Origin: Flavobacteriales bacterium
Lineage (GTDB): Bacteria > Bacteroidota > Bacteroidia > Flavobacteriales > BACL11
Length of the DNA: 52,807 nt
Assembly (NCBI GenBank): GCA_012960805.1
Contig: DUAO01000122.1
Span: forward strand, 1-52,807
Reading direction: 5' to 3'
Each line of letters starts with the position of its first letter. The stretch's first letter is position 1. Of this stretch, positions 19,996 through 29,077 are shown piece after piece. The position numbers and the translations under genes are program-made. Below the pieces are notes generated by a model. It was not told where the DNA came from, did not search any database, and worked only from the letters and a program-made list of their open reading frames with translations.

Positions 19996-21186
19996 TTATA
20001 TAGCGTTAATCTCTTGAATCATATTTACGTACCAAGCTAGTGTAGTGTCAAATGGTTTTCCTCCTTTTATTCTGTTAAAATCAATACAACTTAAAGTGTT
20101 GTTATTATCCTCATCCCAACCTACAACTCCATTAATCCCAGCTACTGCACTTTTTACAGCATGGTCAGCAACTTCAAAAATTAAATCCAAATCAGCCTGG
20201 TTGGCTTTTGATGAACGTCCGAAATAACCACTTTTTTGCACGAGCACTTTATTTGCATTTAGGCGTTTTCCTAATTGTTTGGCAAACCATTCTCCTGGTT
20301 TCAAATCATCTAAGCGAACATGACCAAAAGCATCTCGCAAAACTGTTTCTCCAGTTTTCTCTGTTTCTGCAATAATTACATCCATCCCTGATCCTTCACT
20401 TAAAAATACATTCACACAATCGTATTTGTCCATTACTTTGTTCAGGCGTTCACATTCTTTTTCAAAATTTATTTCATCTTCAGGTAATAGTACCGAATGT
20501 ATTTCCCACTTTTCTTTGCTAAGTCCAATTTCTGGGATGAAATGCATATTGTTTAATCTTTTTCGGTATTCTAATGCAGTAGCTGCAGTTAGCCAGCCAC
20601 AATGCCTTCCCATTACTTCATGTATGATGAGTTGCCTATCGCTAGTTGTGTTCTCATTGGCTACATTTTCAAAGAAGATAGCGCCTTGTTCGGCTGCCGT
20701 CCAAGCGCCTAAGGTTTGGGTAATTGGATAAACATCATTGTCAACTGTTTTTGGCAAACCTACTACTGTCAAATTATAGTTGTTTTCTTTCAAATAGTTA
20801 GAAAGGTCAGCGGCAGTGATATTGGTGTCATCTCCTCCAATAGTGTGTAAAATAGTAATTTTATCTTTTATTAATTGATTGGCAGCAACTTCTAATGGAC
20901 TTTCACCATTTTTAACATATCTTTTTTTTATACAATCGTCAATATTGGTGAGTTTTACTCTACTATTTCCTATTGGAGATCCTCCAAATTGATAGAATTT
21001 ATCAGTATTCCCTAATAATGATTTTGGGAAAGAAATTGAATCCCCAAGCAGTAAGCCTTTGTATCCGTTTAGATATCCTATAATTTCAACGTCAGGATAG
21101 GTGGTTAAATAATTCTCAGTTAATCGGCCAATTGAAGCGGATAAACAAGGGGCAATACCGCCAGAAGTTAGAAATGCTATTTTCAT
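19996..21186 (-). CDS. pfp: Phosphofructokinase with a PPi-dependent signature (diphosphate--fructose-6-phosphate 1-phosphotransferase)
   Basis: TIGGDDT (Asp where ATP-dependent PFKs have Gly), PKTVDND (Lys where ATP-dependent PFKs have Gly) and MGRHCG motifs. Its stop codon directly abuts the mfd start. Confidence 0.8.
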   Translation of the reverse strand: MKIAFLTSGGIAPCLSASIGRLTENYLTTYPDVEIIGYLNGYKGLLLGDSISFPKSLLGNTDKFYQFGGSPIGNSRVKLTNIDDCIKKRYVKNGESPLEVAANQLIKDKITILHTIGGDDTNITAADLSNYLKENNYNLTVVGLPKTVDNDVYPITQTLGAWTAAEQGAIFFENVANENTTSDRQLIIHEVMGRHCGWLTAATALEYRKRLNNMHFIPEIGLSKEKWEIHSVLLPEDEINFEKECERLNKVMDKYDCVNVFLSEGSGMDVIIAETEKTGETVLRDAFGHVRLDDLKPGEWFAKQLGKRLNANKVLVQKSGYFGRSSKANQADLDLIFEVADHAVKSAVAGINGVVGWDEDNNNTLSCIDFNRIKGGKPFDTTLAWYVNMIQEINAI

Positions 21187-21280
21187 ATAATTAGTTTTTT
21201 TAGGCTTTGCAAATATCTAAAATTTAAAGGGATTTGCTCAGAAAATAATCTTTACTTTCGCCTTAGAATATTTAAGATAA

Positions 21281-22525
21281 ATGATAAAAGTATTTAAGTT
21301 TGGTGGCGCATCAATAAAGGATGTTCAAAGCATAAAAAATGTAGGAGAAATTCTTCAGAAATATGATGCGGATAGCCTTGTCATTATTTTTTCTGCTATA
21401 GGTAAGGTTACTAATATGTTAGAGGAAGTAGTGGAAGCTTATGTTTTGCAAAATAAAAAAGCAGTTTTGGCCTTGCAAGCAGTTAAGGATTTTCATTTTG
21501 CTATTTTGAATGAATTATTTACTAAAACGCATCCGATTTATGATGTGGTAAATAATTTATTTGTTGAGATTGAGTGGGTGTTGGAAGAAGAACCTAATCA
21601 GGATTATGCTTATGATTATGACCAAATTGTTTCGATAGGCGAATTTTTGTCTACTCAAATAATGAGTGCGTATTTACAGCAAATTGGTTTTGAAAATTCA
21701 TGGCAGGATGCAAGGAATTTAATTAGAACAGATAATACTTATCGGAATGCAAAAATTGACTGGGAAATAACAACTAGCCTTATTAGTGCTAGCATAAAAG
21801 AAAAACATACGATTACTCAAGGTTTTATTGGCTGTACTTCCGAGAATTTTACCACTACTCTGGGTAGAGAGGGAAGCGATTTTACAGCTGCTATTTTAGC
21901 GTATTGTTTGGATGCAAAAGAAGTGGTTATCTGGAAAGATGTTCCTGGAATGATGAATGCTGATCCAAAGTATTTTGAACAGGCTCAATTATTGGATCAG
22001 GTTTCGTTTGATGAGGCAATTGAGTTGGCGTTTTTTGGTGCAAAAGTGATGCACCCTAAAACCATTCAACCTTTAAAAAAGAAAAATATTCCTTTACGAA
22101 TTAAATCTTTTTTTCATCCATCAAATGAAGGAACGATTATTAAAGAAGGTGTTTCAAATGCGAATATTCCTTCCTTTATTGTAAAAGAAAATCAGGTGCT
22201 TATTTCTATTTCTGAGGTGAATTTAGCTTTTATAGTTGAGAATCATATGAGTCAGATTTTTTCAATTTTAGCTAAAAACAGAGTAGGGGTTAATTTGATG
22301 CAAAATTCTGCTATTTCTTTTTCCATTTGCGTGGATAATGACAAGCATAAAATCCCACAATTAATTGAAGATTTAAAGGTGTTTTTTGAAGTGTTGTGTG
22401 ATGATGACTTAAGTCTTTTTACATTAAGACATTACACTAAACAATCTGTTGAGCAATTTTTGCATGATAAAAATGTGGTTTTAGAACAAAGATCTTGTAA
22501 TGCCTTACAGCTTATTGCTCGTTAA
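21281..22525 (+). CDS. lysC: Aspartate kinase
   Basis: VFKFGGASI N-terminal motif, TLGREGSDFTAA motif and two C-terminal ACT-like regions. Length is 414 aa. Confidence 0.9.
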   Translation: MIKVFKFGGASIKDVQSIKNVGEILQKYDADSLVIIFSAIGKVTNMLEEVVEAYVLQNKKAVLALQAVKDFHFAILNELFTKTHPIYDVVNNLFVEIEWVLEEEPNQDYAYDYDQIVSIGEFLSTQIMSAYLQQIGFENSWQDARNLIRTDNTYRNAKIDWEITTSLISASIKEKHTITQGFIGCTSENFTTTLGREGSDFTAAILAYCLDAKEVVIWKDVPGMMNADPKYFEQAQLLDQVSFDEAIELAFFGAKVMHPKTIQPLKKKNIPLRIKSFFHPSNEGTIIKEGVSNANIPSFIVKENQVLISISEVNLAFIVENHMSQIFSILAKNRVGVNLMQNSAISFSICVDNDKHKIPQLIEDLKVFFEVLCDDDLSLFTLRHYTKQSVEQFLHDKNVVLEQRSCNALQLIAR

Positions 22526-22587
22526 ATTTCAGCTTGTTTTACACCTCTTATTATTCTGTATCTTTGCACTTTGAAAATACTGCATTT

Positions 22588-24363
22588 ATGACTACACCTC
22601 ATACTTTTCATATTCCAGTAATGGGAACGGCTTTTACAGCTGATTCGCCATTAAAGGTTGCGCATTATGGAATTAATACGGTAATTGCTTTGGCTGATGA
22701 TGTGTTGTTGGAACGCTTACGAAAATACTATAGTGGTTTAAATAATTTATTTTATCAGGAGATAAAAAATGACACGAAAGATTATCGTTCGGATAGAATT
22801 ACGGCTTATCTGAATATGGTAAAAAAAATTGCTTCAGAAAAATTTGAAGAATTTACTACTACTACTCAAGATAAATTTTTGGAAGTGAAAAAGTATTTTG
22901 CAATGCTACCTGATACTAATGAGATAAAAAAGGAGTTTAATAATTTAATTTCAAACTCATTTAGTTTTGATGATTTATCTGCTTGGCTGAAAGAAAATTT
23001 ATCAATGGGAAGTATTGATGTAAACATCATGACGAAAGTTGATAAAACTAACTATTTCAAAAAAGAAGAATTGCCTTCAGAATATAATGATGCTCATGCC
23101 GGTTTAAGAGGGTATGCAAATTCTGATTTAGCATCTTCAGTAATTTTTTCGGCAGGAATGAATCCAAGGTTATATGGTTATATTGCTCAATTTGATGACT
23201 TTTTCCCAGATGCAAATGGCTACATTAAAAAGAAAATTATCTTAAAAGTTTCTGATTATAGGTCGGCAGTTATTCAGGGAAAATTTTTAGCCAAAAAAGG
23301 ACTTTGGGTATCGGAATATCGCATTGAATCAGGATTAAATTGTGGAGGGCACGCCTTTGCAACTGATGGCTATTTAATGGGGCCTATCCTTGCTGAGTTC
23401 AGAGATAAAAGACAAGAGTTGATTGAGGATACTTATGCAGTTTGTAAAGTAGCTTTGGAAGCAAATGAACGAACTATTCCTAAAAAAACTTTGCCTATAA
23501 AAATTACAGCACAAGGTGGTGTGGCTACTGCTGAAGAACATAATTTTCTAATTCAGCATTACAAATTGGATTCTGTAGGTTGGGGTACTCCTTTTTTATT
23601 GGTTCCAGAAGCTACTACTGTTGATACTGCAACTAGGCAACAATTGCAAGATGCAAAAGAAAAAGATTTATATTTAAGTGCCGTTTCTCCACTTGGAGTT
23701 CCGTTTAATAATTTGCGTAACTCTTCAAAAGATGTAGAGAAATTCCAAAAAATTGAAGAAGGAAAACCGGGGAGTCCTTGTCCAAGAAAATTTTTAGCCT
23801 TAAGCAATGAATATGGCAAGGAAGGGGTGTGTACGGCCTCTCGTTTATTTCAGAAAAATAAGATTGAAGAACAAGGAATTTCGCATGAAATTACTAATAA
23901 AGTTTGCTTGTGTATGGGTTTAGCCGCTACTACTGTTATAAGTTATGGCATGGAAACGCGTGAGAGTAAAGGTGTGTCTATTTGTCCTGGGCCAAACATG
24001 GCTTATTTTGATAAAAAATTAACTTTATCAGATATGACAAATCATATTTATAATGGAATAGATGGCGTTGTTCGTTCCGACAGGCCTAATATGTTTGTTA
24101 ATGAGCTAGGAATGTATTTAAAATATCTGACAGAAAAAGTGGAAGAGCATAAAAATGATTGGGGAAGAAGATCTGCTAAGTATTTAAATGGATTTACGGA
24201 TAATATGAATGAGGGAATTACTTATTACAATGAGATGTTTGCTTCAGTTGAGGATACTTTTAGTAGTGTAAAAGAATCTACCATTAACTCTTTAAAGGAA
24301 GCTATGCATAGCATGCAGGAAATGAGAGAGGAGATTAGTTTACTTATTGAGCAGAAGAAGTAA
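22588..24363 (+). CDS. Uncharacterised 592-aa protein with divergent nitronate-monooxygenase/FabK-like (FMN TIM-barrel) motifs and a Cys-rich C-terminal half
   Basis: The track ORF opens at a TTG at 22534; the first ATG at 22588 (MTTPHTFHIPVMGTAF...) is preferred. Ordered motifs are IPVMGTAF..., ESGLNCGGHAF, ITAQGGVATAEE and GWGTPFLLVPE. They resemble the P-[IV]-x-x-G-x-M / E-x-GGH / A-x-GG-[IV] / G-T-x-F-L pattern of NMO/FabK/PfaD enzymes. The coding call is firm; the functional call is tentative. Confidence 0.6.
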   Translation: MTTPHTFHIPVMGTAFTADSPLKVAHYGINTVIALADDVLLERLRKYYSGLNNLFYQEIKNDTKDYRSDRITAYLNMVKKIASEKFEEFTTTTQDKFLEVKKYFAMLPDTNEIKKEFNNLISNSFSFDDLSAWLKENLSMGSIDVNIMTKVDKTNYFKKEELPSEYNDAHAGLRGYANSDLASSVIFSAGMNPRLYGYIAQFDDFFPDANGYIKKKIILKVSDYRSAVIQGKFLAKKGLWVSEYRIESGLNCGGHAFATDGYLMGPILAEFRDKRQELIEDTYAVCKVALEANERTIPKKTLPIKITAQGGVATAEEHNFLIQHYKLDSVGWGTPFLLVPEATTVDTATRQQLQDAKEKDLYLSAVSPLGVPFNNLRNSSKDVEKFQKIEEGKPGSPCPRKFLALSNEYGKEGVCTASRLFQKNKIEEQGISHEITNKVCLCMGLAATTVISYGMETRESKGVSICPGPNMAYFDKKLTLSDMTNHIYNGIDGVVRSDRPNMFVNELGMYLKYLTEKVEEHKNDWGRRSAKYLNGFTDNMNEGITYYNEMFASVEDTFSSVKESTINSLKEAMHSMQEMREEISLLIEQKK

Positions 24364-25270
24364 TTTTCTTTAGCAACACTTCAGAAATTTTCACATTACT
24401 TTCTCGTGTCCATCCAGCAATATGTGGGCTCAGTATTGTTTTTGGGCTATTCATTAGGTATTGCATTTCAGCCGTGAATCCTTCTTGGCTTAAATTCTCA
24501 AATGATGTTTTTTCATATTCCAATACATCTAAACAAGCACCTTTAATTTTCCCATTTTCTAAAGCTGAAACCAAGTCCTTAGTGTTTACACATTTCCCCC
24601 TAGCAGTATTAATGAGATAAAAATCTTTTTCAAATTTATGAATGAAATCATCATTTACTAAATAAACAGTTTCAGCAGTTAAGGGTACATGCAAACTCAC
24701 TATGTTTGCTTGGTTATAAATGCTTTCCATAGTGCTTTGATAAGGGTATTTTGTTAAATATTTGTCGTAAGCTAAAATTGTAACATCAAATCCTTTTAGT
24801 ACTTCCGCAAAAGCAGCACCATTATTTCCATAGCCAATAATTCCAATGGTTTTTTGGGCAAGTTCTCGCCCTCTATTTTCTTCCCTTTTCCAAATTCCAG
24901 TTCTTATTTCTTGGTCAGCCTTATTTAAGTTGTTGAAAAGAGAAAGAAGCATGCCAAGCGCATGTTCAGCTACTGCTTGTTGGTTGCCTTCTGCAGCATT
25001 GTAGCAATTAATATTTTTGCTTTCAGCATAGTCTACATCAATATTTTCTAGTCCGCTACCAGCTCGGGCAATAAATTTTAGTTCAGAGGCATAATCAATA
25101 AATTCCTTGTCGATTATAAATCTACTTCTGATAATTACGCCTTGATAATCATGAATGATTTTCTGAATTTCAGTTTTACTTTTATCGTAAGCCGTATCGC
25201 AAATATAATTTTGCTTTTCTAATTCTTGTTTTAAAAAAGGATGAACGGTATCAATAAATAGGATTTTCAT
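24344..25270 (-). CDS. D-isomer-specific 2-hydroxyacid dehydrogenase (phosphoglycerate dehydrogenase-like)
   Basis: NAD-binding GIIGYGNNGAAFA, NTARG and C-terminal SPHIAGWT catalytic-His motifs. Length is 308 aa. The 3' end overlaps the converging gene by 20 nt. Confidence 0.85.
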   Translation of the reverse strand: MKILFIDTVHPFLKQELEKQNYICDTAYDKSKTEIQKIIHDYQGVIIRSRFIIDKEFIDYASELKFIARAGSGLENIDVDYAESKNINCYNAAEGNQQAVAEHALGMLLSLFNNLNKADQEIRTGIWKREENRGRELAQKTIGIIGYGNNGAAFAEVLKGFDVTILAYDKYLTKYPYQSTMESIYNQANIVSLHVPLTAETVYLVNDDFIHKFEKDFYLINTARGKCVNTKDLVSALENGKIKGACLDVLEYEKTSFENLSQEGFTAEMQYLMNSPKTILSPHIAGWTRESNVKISEVLLKKITSSAQ

Positions 25271-26620
25271 TTAAAGGATTGCTTGTCCAATCATAAAGTA
25301 AATAAACAGGCCTAATATATCATTTGCAGTAGTAATAAACGGTCCTGTCGCAAGGGCTGGATCAATCTTGTATTTTTCCAAAATTAAAGGAACAAAAGTG
25401 CCAAAAAGTGCAGAGAATACGATAACAACTAATAAAGAGATGCTTACTGTAAGGCTAAGCCCCATGCCATAGCCTAAGCCAAATGCTGCCCCTAAAATAA
25501 CAACAGAACAAATGATTCCGTTCAACAAACCTACGCCAAGTTCTTTTATTAATTTCTGAAAGAGGTTTTCCATTTTTAATGAATCATTTGCTAACCCTTG
25601 AACTACAATTGCAGCTGATTGCACTCCAACGTTCCCTCCCATTGCAGCAATTAATGGAATGAAAAAGGCTAATTCAAAATTATTTTCTAAATCAAAAACA
25701 CCTATTACTTTTGCCCCTAGTAATCCTCCAATCATACCAATAAGTAGCCATGGTAATCGTGCTCTGGTAAGCTCCCAAACACTATCCCTACTCTCTACAT
25801 CCTCTGATATGCCTGAAGCCATTTGGTAATCTTTTTCAGCCTCTTCTTTTACTACATCCATTACATCATCAAACGTAATTTTACCTATCAGTTTGTTTAA
25901 ATCATCAACTACTGGTAAGGCAATTAAATCGTACTTATTCATGATATTAGCAACATTCTCATCATCTTCATTTACATTAACCGATACTATATCGGTGGTT
26001 ACTATACTTTTGATTACCGAACCGTTTTCAGCCAATAATAATTGCTTTAGCGATAGTGATCCTAGCAGTTTTTCATTATCATCCACAACATAAATAGTGT
26101 GTACCTGCTTTACATTCTCCGCTTGTTTGCGCATTTCTCCCAAACATTGTAAAGTGTTCCAGTTTTCATTCACTTTTATCAATTCCTTTGCCATCAACCC
26201 GCCAGCCGTATCTTCAGGATAGCTTAATAAATCACTAATGTCACTTGCGTGTTCAATATCTTCAATATGAGAAAGAACTTCCTCTTTTTTATCTTCTGAT
26301 AATTCCCCAATAAGATCTGCTGCATCATCCGATTCTAGGTTGTCAATTACTTCTTCAGCAATTTCCTTAGCGGTTAATTCAGATAAAAGTTTTTTTCTTG
26401 TATCATCTTCAAGTTCTATAAGCACAGCAGCTGATTTTTCCTCATTAAGTAAGTCGAATAAAATATGCGCATCATTATCAGATAAATATTCGATAATTTC
26501 TGTAATATCAGCAAAGTGTAAATCAGCAATAATGCCACTTAACTCTTTTGAATTATTACTTTCAATTAAAGCGACTACTTGCTCAATAAAGGCACTATTT
26601 ATTTCTATTCTATCCGACAT
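25271..26620 (-). CDS. mgtE: Magnesium transporter MgtE
   Basis: Acidic MgtE N-domain, a CBS pair and a C-terminal five-TM domain (GGNVGVQSAAIVVQGL...PFITTANDILGL). Length is 449 aa. Confidence 0.95.
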   Translation of the reverse strand: MSDRIEINSAFIEQVVALIESNNSKELSGIIADLHFADITEIIEYLSDNDAHILFDLLNEEKSAAVLIELEDDTRKKLLSELTAKEIAEEVIDNLESDDAADLIGELSEDKKEEVLSHIEDIEHASDISDLLSYPEDTAGGLMAKELIKVNENWNTLQCLGEMRKQAENVKQVHTIYVVDDNEKLLGSLSLKQLLLAENGSVIKSIVTTDIVSVNVNEDDENVANIMNKYDLIALPVVDDLNKLIGKITFDDVMDVVKEEAEKDYQMASGISEDVESRDSVWELTRARLPWLLIGMIGGLLGAKVIGVFDLENNFELAFFIPLIAAMGGNVGVQSAAIVVQGLANDSLKMENLFQKLIKELGVGLLNGIICSVVILGAAFGLGYGMGLSLTVSISLLVVIVFSALFGTFVPLILEKYKIDPALATGPFITTANDILGLFIYFMIGQAIL

Positions 26621-27368
26621 GATTTGTTAATTTTATAAAATCATCAACTGATAATTTCTCAGCTCTTAAATGTAGTAAATCTTGCAATTCACTTTCATCT
26701 TTCAAAGTAAAGGGTTTTAATGCATTTCGCAAAGTTTTTCTTCTTTGATTAAAACCAGCCTTTACTACTTGTTTAAATTTTTTTTCATCACAAGGCAATT
26801 CTTTACGACTATTGCGTACTAATTTTATTACTCCCGATTTTACTTTTGGCGGAGGAGTGAATACATCTTCATTTACTGTAAAACAATATTCTATATCATA
26901 AAATGCTTGTAAAAATACTGATAGTATTCCTCTCTTCTTCCCTTCTTTACAAGCTACTCTTTCAGCCACTTCCTTTTGAAACATACCAATAACTTCAGAG
27001 ATTTGATCTCTGTTTTCAAGGGTCTTAAAAAGAATTTGAGATGATATGTTATAGGGAAAATTACCAATTAACGAGAAGGTGTAGGGATATTTTTCTTTTA
27101 AATTGAGTTGCAGAAAATTTCCTTCAGTAATTTTATCGGCCAATTGAGGGTAATTTAATCTAAGGTAAAATACACTTTCAGTATCAATTTCAACTACCTC
27201 TGTTGTAAAATCTTTTTTAACCAAAAACTGAGTAAGAACTCCCATCCCAGGGCCTATTTCTACTACATTTTGCGTTCCATCACTCAATAAATTAGTAATG
27301 TTGAATGCAATTTTTTCATCATTTAAGAAATGTTGTCCCAAATGTTTTTTTGGTCTAACATTTCTCAT
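26610..27368 (-). CDS. rsmA: 16S rRNA (adenine1518/1519-N6)-dimethyltransferase
   Basis: KKHLGQHFL and VVEIGPGMGVLT (SAM-binding) motifs and GNFPYNISS. Length is 252 aa. Confidence 0.95.
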   Translation of the reverse strand: MRNVRPKKHLGQHFLNDEKIAFNITNLLSDGTQNVVEIGPGMGVLTQFLVKKDFTTEVVEIDTESVFYLRLNYPQLADKITEGNFLQLNLKEKYPYTFSLIGNFPYNISSQILFKTLENRDQISEVIGMFQKEVAERVACKEGKKRGILSVFLQAFYDIEYCFTVNEDVFTPPPKVKSGVIKLVRNSRKELPCDEKKFKQVVKAGFNQRRKTLRNALKPFTLKDESELQDLLHLRAEKLSVDDFIKLTNHVG

Positions 27369-28116
27369 CCTCTTGTTTCAATCGTTTAAATAGTTCAGAT
27401 GCAAAAACAAAATCATTTAATTCCTTATTGTCTGAATTAAGGAGTTCCTCTTTATTTCCGGTCCACCATATTTCACCATGATTAATAAAAGCGATATTTT
27501 CTCCTATCTCCATTACTGAGTTCATGTCGTGTGTATTCACAATGGTTGTAATGTTGTATTCTTTGGTAATTTCCTGTATAAGGTTGTCAATAATGATGGC
27601 TGTTTTAGGATCAAGCCCTGAGTTAGGTTCGTCACATAATAAGTACTTTGGCTGCATAACTATTGCTCGGGCAATGGCAACTCTTTTTGTCATTCCCCCA
27701 CTTAGTTCAGTAGGTAATAAATTATTTTTTCCTTCAAGATTTACTCTTTTTAAACAAAAATTTACGCGTTCTAATTTTTCTTCTTCCGTTTTGTTAGTAA
27801 ACATGGATAAAGGAAACATGATATTTTCCTCAACTGTCATGGAGTCGTAAAGCGCTCCTGCTTGAAAAAGCATACCAATCTCTTGCCTGAGTAGTCTCTG
27901 TTCTTTTATTTTTATGGCATTAAAATTTACACCATTAAATAGTACAGTTCCGCTATCTATTTTGTGTAAGCCAATTAGTATTTTTATTAATGTTGTTTTC
28001 CCCGAACCGCTTCCGCCAATTATTAGATTTGTTTTTCCTTTTTCAAAAGTAAAGCTTACATTTTTCAGTACATGATTAACTCCAAAATGTTTTTCTATAT
28101 TCTGTACTTCTATCAT
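27355..28116 (-). CDS. ABC transporter ATP-binding protein (MlaF-like)
   Basis: Walker A GGSGSGKTT, signature LSGGMTKRV and Walker B LLCDEP. It overlaps the upstream permease gene by 4 nt. Confidence 0.85.
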   Translation of the reverse strand: MIEVQNIEKHFGVNHVLKNVSFTFEKGKTNLIIGGSGSGKTTLIKILIGLHKIDSGTVLFNGVNFNAIKIKEQRLLRQEIGMLFQAGALYDSMTVEENIMFPLSMFTNKTEEEKLERVNFCLKRVNLEGKNNLLPTELSGGMTKRVAIARAIVMQPKYLLCDEPNSGLDPKTAIIIDNLIQEITKEYNITTIVNTHDMNSVMEIGENIAFINHGEIWWTGNKEELLNSDNKELNDFVFASELFKRLKQEDEKC

Positions 28117-28853
28117 GATAGCATTATATTGGTTAATAAATAGTTAAAGATTAGTATCAAAATACTGCTTGTCACCACAGCTGTAGTGCTTGATTTTCCA
28201 ACTGCTATTGCGCCACCTTTGGTGTGATAGCCGCAATAAGCCGAAACAGAAGATATGATAAATGCAAAAAAGATAGTTTTGATCATTGCATAGGTGACGT
28301 AAAATGGGGTGAACTCATATTTTAATCCGTTAATAAAATCTGCAGTAGTTACATCTGCAGATAATCCTCCAGCCCATGCACCTATCATCCCAATACTCAT
28401 GCTCATTATTATTAGGAAAGGGAAAAAGAAAATAGCAGCAATTATTTTAGGTAAAATAAGAAAGGAAGCCGAATTAATTCCCATGATTTCAAGGGCATCA
28501 ATTTGTTCAGTTACACGCATGCTCCCTATTTCTGATGCTATACTTGAGCCCACTTTCCCCGCTAAGATTAATGAAATCATAGTAGGAGAAAATTCTAAAA
28601 TTAAAGAATCTCGGCTAGCTAGACCTACAAGATAAGATGGCAGCAATGGATTACTCATGTTGATTGCAGTTTGTATGCTAACTACCGCTCCTACAAAAAA
28701 TGAAAGTATAATCACTATACCTACTGAATTGAGCCCAACTTTTTCCATTTCTAAGACGAGCTGTTTTCTGAAAATGCTCCATTTTTCAGGAGTACTTATG
28801 ACTTTCTTCATCATAATGAAGTATAGCCCTAGGTGGTGAAGTAGTTTTGTCAT
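28113..28853 (-). CDS. ABC transporter permease (MlaE family)
   Basis: 246 aa, multi-TM, with the EIGSMRVTEQIDALEMMG-type motif (here EIGSMRVTEQIDALEIMG) that is diagnostic of MlaE/Ttg2B permeases. Confidence 0.85.
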   Translation of the reverse strand: MTKLLHHLGLYFIMMKKVISTPEKWSIFRKQLVLEMEKVGLNSVGIVIILSFFVGAVVSIQTAINMSNPLLPSYLVGLASRDSLILEFSPTMISLILAGKVGSSIASEIGSMRVTEQIDALEIMGINSASFLILPKIIAAIFFFPFLIIMSMSIGMIGAWAGGLSADVTTADFINGLKYEFTPFYVTYAMIKTIFFAFIISSVSAYCGYHTKGGAIAVGKSSTTAVVTSSILILIFNYLLTNIMLS

Positions 28854-28878
28854 ATTGGCGGAAATTAAGTAATTTATT

Positions 28879-28886
28879 TAAATTTG
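28879..28886 (+). promoter_or_regulatory. Candidate -7 promoter box (TAnnTTTG)
   Basis: TAAATTTG lies 9 nt before the ATG at 28896 of the small lipoprotein ORF. Confidence 0.35.
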
Positions 28887-28895
28887 CACATAATT

Positions 28896-29024
28896 ATGAA
28901 AATACAAAAATATCATCTTTTATTTATTCTCGTTTTATTTTTGCTTACTTCTTGCGGGGTGACTAAAAAAAACGGTTGCAATACTTGTCCTAACTTCTCC
29001 TCTATTCAAAGTTACGCCCATTAA
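28896..29024 (+). CDS. Possible 42-aa lipoprotein micro-ORF upstream of feoAB
   Basis: Not in the ORF track because it is too short. Translation is MKIQKYHLLFILVLFLLTSCGVTKKNGCNTCPNFSSIQSYAH. It has a signal peptide plus lipobox (LLTS|C) and fills an otherwise empty 224-nt gap, preceded by a -7-like box. Confidence 0.35.
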   Translation: MKIQKYHLLFILVLFLLTSCGVTKKNGCNTCPNFSSIQSYAH

Positions 29025-29064
29025 TATTTCGCTTTAGTTTTACTTTAGATTGAGTCTAAATAAC

Positions 29065-29072
29065 TATATTTG
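29065..29072 (+). promoter_or_regulatory. Candidate -7 promoter box (TAnnTTTG) directly before feoA
   Basis: TATATTTG ends 5 nt before the feoA ATG at 29078. Confidence 0.35.
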
Positions 29073-29077
29073 CCTCC

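Noticed and set aside
21187-21280. Possible lysine riboswitch upstream of aspartate kinase. An M-box upstream of mgtE was also considered.
   Set aside because: The spacer before lysC is only 94 nt, too short for an L-box, and I see no conserved helices. mgtE overlaps rsmA and has no leader at all.
22534-22587. TTG-initiated 18-codon extension of the 592-aa protein.
   Set aside because: The extension starts 9 nt after the aspartate kinase stop and has low-complexity content (FYTSYYSVSLHF). The conserved-looking HIPVMG motif follows the ATG at 22588 directly. The choice remains unverified.
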